A stretch of DNA of 32,000 nt, from NCBI RefSeq assembly GCF_000017945.1, contig NC_009776.1, positions 330,001 through 362,000 of the forward strand, read 5' to 3'. This DNA is from Ignicoccus hospitalis KIN4/I (GTDB lineage Archaea > Thermoproteota > Thermoprotei_A > Sulfolobales > Ignicoccaceae). Shown piece by piece: positions 25,470 through 32,000 of this stretch (the stretch's first letter is position 1; every line of letters begins with the position of its first letter). The notes beneath the pieces are model-generated. The model made no database searches. It was not told the DNA's origin and saw nothing but the letters and a program-made list of their open reading frames with translations. The position numbers and the translations under genes were made by a program.

Positions 25470-26566
25470 CGGACATATTCGTAGATATATTCTTCAAAAA
25501 GGTAGAAGGGCTCAAGCCGCCGAGGGGCGACCCGCCGGAGCCCTTGCCGCTCTCCGAGCTCCCGGAGCCGGAAGATGGGGAGGTCGTGGGGGTGGACGGG
25601 GGAGGCGGAGGGGCGAGGCTGGGAGGGCTGAACTTCCTCGTAGCCAGGGCGGTGGCCGTGGGGGAGGGTTACTTGGACAAGGACCTAGAAGTGGAGGCCC
25701 TCCAGTGGGACAGCTCCGCGGCGCTGGAGGCGATGAGGAGCTCAATGGAGCTCAAGCTAGCCTCCCGCTCCCCCCGTACGACCTTCGTTGACGGCTCCGC
25801 GTACACGGAGCTTGTTAAGTGGGTCGCCAGAGTGGTGAGGGTAGCCAGGGGGACGGCGAAGCTCTCCGAAATAGTCGCCTTACCCAAGACGTTGGAGGCC
25901 TTGTACTACTGGCAAGAGTTGGCCAAGAGGGAGGACGTAGCCTTCGTCTCCAAGCACCCCATGGTCAAGACCTTCAGAGAGTACCTAGAGGTAAAGAAGC
26001 GCGGGGGAAAGGTCTTCGAAAAGTACGTCCGGGGGAAGCTGACTACGAAGGAGTTGAAGGAACTGATCAAGAAACCCGTGGTGCCCGACGCGGAGTCCTT
26101 GAGAGGGGAGGGGGTGACCTTCGGCCTCGCCTTGGGCCTCCCGGAGGGTGCGAGGAACTTGCTCTTGCCCCGCAGGTGGAAGGCAATAATGGAGATGGCC
26201 TTAGAAAACTACAGGTTATACGTAGGCGAGGAGCCGGAAGCGAAGCTCCCGGAGGACTTGTGCTTCTCCAAGGCCCCCGTGGCTTGGTGGGCCAGCTACG
26301 GGCGCTGGAAGGTCTTGGTGGAGGAGTTCTCGGGGAAGCCCTTGTGCCTCTCGAGGTATAGGGAGGAGGTGTCGGAGAGGCCCAAGAACTTGGGCGCCCT
26401 GTTGGCCGGCTCCGGAAGCACTTACAACGCTTGGTTAGCCTTGGCGCACGGCCTCAGCACCTTGAAGGGGGAGCAGTTAATGGAGTACATAAAGATCATT
26501 GGAGTTAAGTTGGGTATAAGCGTTGACGAAGTGAGAGAAGACCTAATATACTTGATGCGCGGGTGA
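25466..26566 (+). CDS. NurA-domain nuclease-like protein
   Basis: From ATG 25466, an ATGA overlap with gatC; VVGVDGGGGGARLGGLNFLVARAVAVG, TTFVDGSAYTELV and DVAFVSKHPMVKTFREYL follow the NurA domain order. Confidence 0.6.
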   Translation: MTDIFVDIFFKKVEGLKPPRGDPPEPLPLSELPEPEDGEVVGVDGGGGGARLGGLNFLVARAVAVGEGYLDKDLEVEALQWDSSAALEAMRSSMELKLASRSPRTTFVDGSAYTELVKWVARVVRVARGTAKLSEIVALPKTLEALYYWQELAKREDVAFVSKHPMVKTFREYLEVKKRGGKVFEKYVRGKLTTKELKELIKKPVVPDAESLRGEGVTFGLALGLPEGARNLLLPRRWKAIMEMALENYRLYVGEEPEAKLPEDLCFSKAPVAWWASYGRWKVLVEEFSGKPLCLSRYREEVSERPKNLGALLAGSGSTYNAWLALAHGLSTLKGEQLMEYIKIIGVKLGISVDEVREDLIYLMRG

Positions 26567-26581
26567 CCGACGGGGCCCGAG

Positions 26582-26824
26582 GTGCTGAACGCCCACTTCC
26601 AAGACTATATAATCGTGACTAACCCGGGCGACGTGATAAACCCGTACCAGACGCTGGCCACCCAAGGCATACTCACCCCTCTCCAAAACCTAATACAGAA
26701 CACCATAGCGAACTACACGCCGGAGTACATAGTCCCCGCCACGATAATGTACGTGGTAATAGCGATGTTCATACTCGCCTTGTTCCTATACATAGTCACC
26801 AGGATAGTGAGCCCGCTGGTGTGA
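26582..26824 (+). CDS. Small hypothetical protein with a C-terminal transmembrane helix
   Basis: 80 aa, GTG start; YIVPATIMYVVIAMFILALFLYIVTRIVSPLV. Confidence 0.55.
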   Translation: MLNAHFQDYIIVTNPGDVINPYQTLATQGILTPLQNLIQNTIANYTPEYIVPATIMYVVIAMFILALFLYIVTRIVSPLV

Positions 26825-26828
26825 GGGC

Positions 26829-27134
26829 TTGGCGGTACTCCTAATCCCGGACTGGCTCCTGGTCTTTTCTGCTTACCTAACTGCCCAAGCGTTCTGGTAC
26901 AGGGGGGTGACCTCCCTCATATACAACTTAGTGTACGGGATGAATTACAAGAGCCCTTGCGCGTTCGTTGTGGCGGCCCTCACCCTAACTATAGCGGTGT
27001 TCAACTCTACCGCTGCCCTAGCCTTGGCCTCGGGGGCGCACCTCGCCGAGCCCCTAATCCTCTTCCCCCTCCTCGGCTCCTTCGTCCTCGAACTCCCACT
27101 CCTTTACCTCTTCCTCCAGTGCTTCGTCGGATAA
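26829..27134 (+). CDS. Small hypothetical multi-pass membrane protein
   Basis: 101 aa, TTG start four bases after the preceding stop; about three hydrophobic segments. Confidence 0.5.
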   Translation: MAVLLIPDWLLVFSAYLTAQAFWYRGVTSLIYNLVYGMNYKSPCAFVVAALTLTIAVFNSTAALALASGAHLAEPLILFPLLGSFVLELPLLYLFLQCFVG

Positions 27135-27575
27135 GATCAAGTAGGCACCGTCCTCCGTGTCCAACAAGAGGGCCTTGAACTGGCCCTTGGGCTTCCCCTC
27201 GTAGACGTAAACCTCCCCGGAGACCTCGTGCCACTTGAGGGAGTTCAAGTCCACCTCCTTAGGGCTCTCCCTCATCACGGCGACCCTCTTGAGCTTGGTG
27301 GGCCACTTGCTGAGCTCCCCCTTGAGCCCCCTCCCCCCGCCGACCCTTATCTCCAGCTTCCCGCTGGTCGCCACGTATTCGACGTAAACGCCTTCAACCC
27401 CCTTCTCCTCCAGTTCTATCAAGTCCTTCATTAAAGCAGTGCTGAGCGCGTCCGCCGAGTCCTTCTTTTTCACGTTAACTTCTACAGTTTCGCTCTTTTT
27501 CAATATCAACACGGGCAGCTTGACGCCGTCCACCTCCACCTCGCCGACCTCGTAGAGCCTCTTGCGTGCCTTCAT
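27054..27575 (-). CDS. Hypothetical protein with an acidic C-terminal tail
   Basis: 173 aa; MKARKRLYEVGEVEVDGVKLPVLILKKSETVEVNV...EEEVKEWEFEDEGAEEGEED. Fills the gap between plus-strand genes. Confidence 0.55.
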   Translation of the reverse strand: MKARKRLYEVGEVEVDGVKLPVLILKKSETVEVNVKKKDSADALSTALMKDLIELEEKGVEGVYVEYVATSGKLEIRVGGGRGLKGELSKWPTKLKRVAVMRESPKEVDLNSLKWHEVSGEVYVYEGKPKGQFKALLLDTEDGAYLILSDEALEEEVKEWEFEDEGAEEGEED

Positions 27576-27632
27576 GGTGCGCGGTTCCCGAAAAGTTAAG
27601 TCCTCCCCGCTAAAAGCGGCTCGGGCAGCGAG

Positions 27633-28754
27633 TTGTCGTTCGAAGACCTCACGGCTGAGTCGACATTGAAGTTCGTCTCGAAAGCTAAGTCAATGGCCAG
27701 AGAGATAAGGGCCAACTTGGGGCTGGGGGAGCCCGACAAGAGGCCTCCCCGGAAGCTGGTCGAGCTCCTCCAAGAGGCCTCCCGCGTCAAGCCCACCTAC
27801 TCCCCTCCGGTCGGCCTCCCGGAGGCCCGGGAGGCTGTGGCGGAGTGGCTCTCGGGGCGCTACGGCCTTGATATCTCCCCCAAGGAGGTCATGATAACTC
27901 CCTCGGGGAAGGCCGCCTTGTTCTTGGCTTTGGGCTACGCCTCCACTCGCTACTCTTCCTCCTTGCTCTTCGACCCAACTTACTACAGCTATGAGCCGGT
28001 GTTAAGGGCGTTCGGAGTTAAGGTGAAGAAAGTTAAAATGTTGAGGGACGAGAACTCTTACGTCTTCCCGGAAGTGGAGCTCGGGAAGGAAATAGTGGTC
28101 CTCAACTCGCCCTCCAACCCCACCGGCGCGGTGTTGGGGGCGAGGACCTTGGAGTACGTGGACGAGGCGCTCCGCACGGGGGCCTTGATAGTTTCGGACG
28201 AGGTCTACGACGTCTTCGTCTACGGGAGGAGGCACGTCAGCGTGCTGGAGCACGAGAGGTGGAGGGACGCAGCCATCTTCATTTACAGCTTCAGCAAGGT
28301 GTTGTGCGTCCCCGGGTGGAGGCTCGGGGCGGTGGTGGCTAGGGAAGAGGTGATCGAAAAGCTCGCGGCCGCCGCGTCGAACGTCTACGGCTGCGCTTGC
28401 AAGTGGGAGCAGATAGCCTTGGCCGAGTACTTAAAGAATTACAAGAACGACCTTGAGAACCATATAAAGAACATGGTTGAGGACTATTCGAGGAGGAGGG
28501 AGTTCCTCTTGAAGGAGCTCAAGGAGGTCGCTTCCTTCCCGGGGGTGGGGGAGGGTACCTTCTACGCCTTCCCGGAGTTCCCGAAGGACGCCGATGAGCT
28601 CGCCTTGGAGCTCGCCAAGAGGGGGGTGATAGCTGTCCCGGGGACGGTGTTCTCGGAGGCCTTCGGCAAACGGAGCTTGAGGCTGAGCTTCTCCGCCCCT
28701 TTGGAGGAGTTAAGGGTCGGCCTAGAGACGATTAAGGAAGTCCTCGGGAGTTAA
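27633..28754 (+). CDS. Class I/II PLP-dependent aminotransferase (aspartate/aromatic aminotransferase-like)
   Basis: 373 aa; TPSGKAALFLALGYA, NSPSNPTGAVLG, VSDEVYDVFVY and YSFSKVLCVPGWRLGAVV (PLP Lys). Confidence 0.9.
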   Translation: MSFEDLTAESTLKFVSKAKSMAREIRANLGLGEPDKRPPRKLVELLQEASRVKPTYSPPVGLPEAREAVAEWLSGRYGLDISPKEVMITPSGKAALFLALGYASTRYSSSLLFDPTYYSYEPVLRAFGVKVKKVKMLRDENSYVFPEVELGKEIVVLNSPSNPTGAVLGARTLEYVDEALRTGALIVSDEVYDVFVYGRRHVSVLEHERWRDAAIFIYSFSKVLCVPGWRLGAVVAREEVIEKLAAAASNVYGCACKWEQIALAEYLKNYKNDLENHIKNMVEDYSRRREFLLKELKEVASFPGVGEGTFYAFPEFPKDADELALELAKRGVIAVPGTVFSEAFGKRSLRLSFSAPLEELRVGLETIKEVLGS

Positions 28755-28801
28755 ATAGGAGAGGTTAAAGAGGCTCGGTTGTCAGAAGGCGGGAGCGGCC
28801 C

Positions 28802-29692
28802 TTGTGCGGCATCGCCGGTATAATGTTTAGTGACGGCAAGAAGGAGGTAGGCGAGCAACTTTACGAGATGCTCAAGAGCTTGCAGCACAGGGGGATGGAC
28901 TCGGCCGGCGTCATCGTTTACGACGACAAGCCCGGCGACTGGCTCGTGCGCGTGGTGGCGGAGGACGGCGAGGAGGCGTTGAGCAAGATAAAGTATAGGC
29001 TAAACGTCAGCAAGTACGAGAAGCCCAAGAAGCTGAACGACGGGACCTACTTGATCGAGTTCACCGTCCCCCGGTCGGTCAAATTGGAGGAAATTAGGGA
29101 AGTGATAAGGAAGTTGAAGTATCCCATACTTTCGTTGGGCAGATACTCAGTCATCTCTAAGGACGTGGGTTTGGTGGACGACGTGAACAGGGTTTACGGC
29201 TTCAAGGAGCAGCTGGGCACCCACGGCATAGGGCACGTGAGGTTCTCCACGGAGAGCGCGGTGGACGCGATTCACGCCCACCCCTTCCAGACTCCGGAGT
29301 TCCCGGACATCGCGATAGTCCACAACGGCCAGATAACCAACTACTGGAAGATGAGGGAGCTGTTGGAGCTGGAGGGCCACGTGTTCCAGACTGACAACGA
29401 CTCGGAGCTCATTATACACTACATAGTGAATAAGTTGAGGAAGGGGTACGAGCTGGAAGAAGCTCTCAAGTCTGCCGTAAACGACCTGGACGGCCCGTTC
29501 GCCTTCTTGCTCTCCATGCCGGAGGGCATAGGCATGGCGAGGGACAGGCTGGGGTTAAGGCCTTTAGTGGTCGCTGAGGGCGACGGGGTGCTCGCGGCCG
29601 CCTCGGAGGAGGTGGCCATTAGGAAGATCTTACCCGAGTCCAAGATATACTACATGAGGCCCGGAGAGGTGAGAGTATGGATGAGGCAATAA
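28802..29692 (+). CDS. Class II glutamine amidotransferase, glutamate synthase domain 1 (split archaeal GOGAT)
   Basis: 296 aa; TTG start followed by Cys2 (MCGIAGIMF), LQHRGMDSAG, GTHGIGHVRFST and IVHNGQITNYW; directly upstream of and overlapping the synthase ORF. Confidence 0.9.
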   Translation: MCGIAGIMFSDGKKEVGEQLYEMLKSLQHRGMDSAGVIVYDDKPGDWLVRVVAEDGEEALSKIKYRLNVSKYEKPKKLNDGTYLIEFTVPRSVKLEEIREVIRKLKYPILSLGRYSVISKDVGLVDDVNRVYGFKEQLGTHGIGHVRFSTESAVDAIHAHPFQTPEFPDIAIVHNGQITNYWKMRELLELEGHVFQTDNDSELIIHYIVNKLRKGYELEEALKSAVNDLDGPFAFLLSMPEGIGMARDRLGLRPLVVAEGDGVLAAASEEVAIRKILPESKIYYMRPGEVRVWMRQ

Positions 29693-31830
29693 TAGACGCC
29701 TCCGCGCTGACCCCGAGGGAAATAAACAAGAAGCTGAGGGAGTACGCCAAGCAGTACAAGAGGATCATAATTAGAAACCCCAACGCCAAGCATTACATAG
29801 CCGCCGGCCTGACCGCGGACGTGGAAGTGGTGGTGGAGGGGAGCGCGGGCTACTTCTTGGGCACTATGATACACGGGCCCAAGCTGTTGCTCTTGGGCAA
29901 CGCCGGCTGGTACGCCGGGGACAACATGACCATGGGAGAGGTGGTGATCGAGGGGCACGCGGGCAACGGGGCCGGGCAGTACATGTACGGGGGCACGGTG
30001 GTGGTCAAGGGCGACGTGGGCGACCGCTCCGGGGCTCTGATGAAGGGAGGGAGGGTCTTGGTGGCCGGCGACGCCGGCCTGATGACAGGCCTCTACATGA
30101 TGGGCGGCGAGATGGTCGTCTTGGGGGACATAAACGACTACGCGGGGGAGATGATAATAAGGGGCAAGATCTTCGTGGGGGGCTCCCCGAAGAGCTTGGG
30201 CAAGAACGCCAAGATAGAGGAGGCTCCCCAGGAGGAGGTCGAGAGGGTAAACGAGCTCTTGAGGAAGTACGGCCTCCCCACGAAGGACAGCTTCTACGTG
30301 ATCACCCCCAAGAGCTTGAGGCCCGTTTACAAGGCCTCCGGCGGAGTCCCCGCCATGAAGAACTTGATGCCCAAGTATAGGGTAGAGTTCAAGTACGACA
30401 TCTGTATAGGTTGTGGCACTTGTGCTATGGTTTGTCCGGAGAACGTGATTAAGATGAAGGGCTACAAGCCCGTTGCAGCTAGGGAGGCTGACTGCATAGG
30501 CTGCTACGCGTGCGTGAACTACTGCCCCACCGACGCGGTTAAAGTGGAGAGGGTGGCAGAGAGCCTCACCAATAGGGCCAGGATAGACGCGAGCACCTTC
30601 AATTACATAAGGAAGATGGCCTCCTTGGGCCACCCCCCTGTGGTGGGGATGGGGGCGGAGAACAAGTACTTCCCCTCGTTGGACCAGCTCACCTTCATCC
30701 CCGGCCAGACCTCCAGGCCGCCCATAGACAGCTACCGCGAGCCTTGTGACACCGAGGTCGTCTTGGGGGACCGCTTCGCGGAGAGGCCCTTGAAGCTGAA
30801 GGCCCCGATACTGATAGGCGCGATGAGCTTCGGCTCGGTGAGCAAGGAGGTAAAGGTGGCGCTCGCCAAGGCCGCCGGTAGGCTGGGGATCGCCGCCAAC
30901 ACCGGGGAGGGCGGGATGCTTCCGGAAGAGAGGAAGTACGCCTCCGTCCTCATAGTCCAGTACGCCTCCGGGAGGTTCGGGGTCTCCGCGAGCTACTTGA
31001 GGGCCGGGGACGCGGTGGAGATCAAGATAGGCCAAGGCGCCAAGCCCGGCATGGGAGGGCTCTTATTGGGCGAGAAGGTTACTGAGGACATCGCGAAGAT
31101 GAGGGGCATACCGGTCGGGGCGGACGCCATAAGCCCCGCTAGGCACTTGGACATAGTAGGTCCTGAGGACTTGAAGATGAAGATAGAGCAGCTCAGGGAG
31201 ATAACGGACTGGAAGGTACCCATCATAGTTAAGTACGCGGCCGGCAGGGTGGCGGACGACGTGAAGATAGCTGCTAAGGCGGGGGCGGACATAATAGTGA
31301 TAGACGGGAAGCCCTCCGGCACCGGGGCCACGCCTTACATAGTGACCGAGCACACCGGCTACGCGACCATGGCGGCCACCGTGGAGGCCCACAGGGCGTT
31401 GAAGGAGATAGGGATGAGGGACGAGGTCAGCTTGGTGGTCGGCGGGGGCATAAAGACCGGCGCTGACGCCGCGAAGGTGCTCGCCCTCGGGGCCGACGCG
31501 GTCATGATAGCCTCCTCCACCTTAGTGCCCATAGGTTGTACCTACTGCGGCACGTGTCACAACGGCAAGTGCCCCTACGGCATAGCCACTCAGAGGCCAG
31601 AGCTCCGGAGGAGGATCAACGTGGAGCTCGCCGCGAAGAGGATAGAGAACTACTTAAGAGCCTTCATAGAGGAGATGTGTATGTTCGCCCAGCTGGCGGG
31701 CAAGAGCAAGCTATCTAACTTGGAGAAGGAGGACTTGAGGGCACTGACGTTCGAGGCCTCTCTGCTGACCGGCGTGAAGCTCATGGGCGTGGAGAGGCCC
31801 GCCTCCGAGCTCTTGAGGGAGGACATATAA
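29677..31830 (+). CDS. Archaeal glutamate synthase: N-terminal GXGXG domain + 2x[4Fe-4S] ferredoxin + FMN-binding synthase domain
   Basis: 717 aa; repeated G-x-x-G beta-helix (GNAGWYAGDNMTMGEVVIEGHAGNGAGQYMYGGTVVVKG), CIGCGTCAMVCP...CIGCYACVNYCP, then AMSFGSVSKEVKVALAKAA, PSGTGATPYI and CTYCGTCHNGKCPYGIATQ. Confidence 0.93.
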   Translation: MDEAIIDASALTPREINKKLREYAKQYKRIIIRNPNAKHYIAAGLTADVEVVVEGSAGYFLGTMIHGPKLLLLGNAGWYAGDNMTMGEVVIEGHAGNGAGQYMYGGTVVVKGDVGDRSGALMKGGRVLVAGDAGLMTGLYMMGGEMVVLGDINDYAGEMIIRGKIFVGGSPKSLGKNAKIEEAPQEEVERVNELLRKYGLPTKDSFYVITPKSLRPVYKASGGVPAMKNLMPKYRVEFKYDICIGCGTCAMVCPENVIKMKGYKPVAAREADCIGCYACVNYCPTDAVKVERVAESLTNRARIDASTFNYIRKMASLGHPPVVGMGAENKYFPSLDQLTFIPGQTSRPPIDSYREPCDTEVVLGDRFAERPLKLKAPILIGAMSFGSVSKEVKVALAKAAGRLGIAANTGEGGMLPEERKYASVLIVQYASGRFGVSASYLRAGDAVEIKIGQGAKPGMGGLLLGEKVTEDIAKMRGIPVGADAISPARHLDIVGPEDLKMKIEQLREITDWKVPIIVKYAAGRVADDVKIAAKAGADIIVIDGKPSGTGATPYIVTEHTGYATMAATVEAHRALKEIGMRDEVSLVVGGGIKTGADAAKVLALGADAVMIASSTLVPIGCTYCGTCHNGKCPYGIATQRPELRRRINVELAAKRIENYLRAFIEEMCMFAQLAGKSKLSNLEKEDLRALTFEASLLTGVKLMGVERPASELLREDI

Positions 31831-31999
31831 TCCTCTTTATTATTATGGTTGAAATCAGCATCAATGTTATGGATATGGTAGCGATAACCTTCACGTCCTT
31901 AAACCTCGTCAAGGGGGCCATTAGAAACGACGACAAAGCCATAGTGGTGTAGGTCAGTCCCAAAGAGGCTCCCTTAGCCTCCGGGACGAACTTGGTCAC
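31781..31999 (-). CDS. Possible C-terminal fragment of a gene entering from the right edge, unknown function
   Basis: Open frame to the window edge: TKFVPEAKGASLGLTYTTMALSSFLMAPLTRFKDVKVIATISITLMLISTIIIKRI... It overlaps the end of the glutamate synthase ORF by 50 bp. Confidence 0.35.
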   Translation of the reverse strand: MTKFVPEAKGASLGLTYTTMALSSFLMAPLTRFKDVKVIATISITLMLISTIIIKRIICPPSRARRRASPRP

Positions 32000-32000
32000 C

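Noticed and set aside
27607-27619. Small inverted repeat CCGC-TAAAA-GCGG before the aminotransferase
   Set aside because: A 4-bp stem is too short to support a regulatory hairpin in a GC-rich genome at high temperature.
28802-29692. Annotation as amidophosphoribosyltransferase (PurF) or GlmS
   Set aside because: The Ntn amidotransferase domain is not followed by PRTase or SIS domains; overlap with the GXGXG-Fd-FMN ORF supports the glutamate synthase assignment.
29650-31035. 461-aa minus-strand ORF opposite glutamate synthase
   Set aside because: His/Val/Gln-rich antisense shadow of a strongly supported gene.
1-32000. CRISPR array, transposon ends, integrase, toxin-antitoxin or restriction system
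   Set aside because: No regularly spaced direct repeats, terminal inverted repeats or characteristic proteins found by eye; an automated repeat search would be needed to exclude weak cases.

Overview
This window looks like a gene-dense chromosomal segment from a hyperthermophilic crenarchaeon. An Ignicoccus-like Desulfurococcales organism is my inference from archaeal-type proteins, high GC, heavy TTG/GTG start use and archaeal TATA boxes; no database was searched. It is mainly housekeeping metabolism. Contents, left to right: a TatC fragment (absent from the supplied ORF track), a DUF84 NTPase, the archaeal HMG-CoA synthase / thiolase / DUF35 cassette, a degenerate AMP-forming acyl-CoA synthetase homolog, an EamA transporter, DUF424, serA, hisD, a compact ADP-forming acyl-CoA synthetase beta/alpha pair, ribosomal protein L13e, a 33-aa membrane microprotein, ubiX, a ClpP/SDH-type protease homolog, a GCS2-like ligase, an MFS transporter, panB, rtcB, a CBS-containing CPA2 antiporter, a DJ-1/PfpI protein, a stand-alone archaeal ThrRS editing domain, a radical SAM/SPASM + amidohydrolase pair, tRNA-Ala(GGC), a nucleotidyltransferase with a left-handed beta-helix, purB, cutA, gatC, a NurA-like protein, small membrane/acidic ORFs, an aminotransferase, and a split and rearranged glutamate synthase (GATase ORF followed by a GXGXG-ferredoxin-FMN fusion). 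I see no CRISPR array, rRNA, transposon or phage module. No clear new defence system is visible. The strongest second-look items are the minimal ThrRS editing domain, the microprotein threaded between L13e and ubiX, the order of the glutamate synthase fusion, the thiolase lacking its nucleophilic Cys, the AMP synthetase lacking P-loop and A10 motifs, and the radical SAM/amidohydrolase pair.
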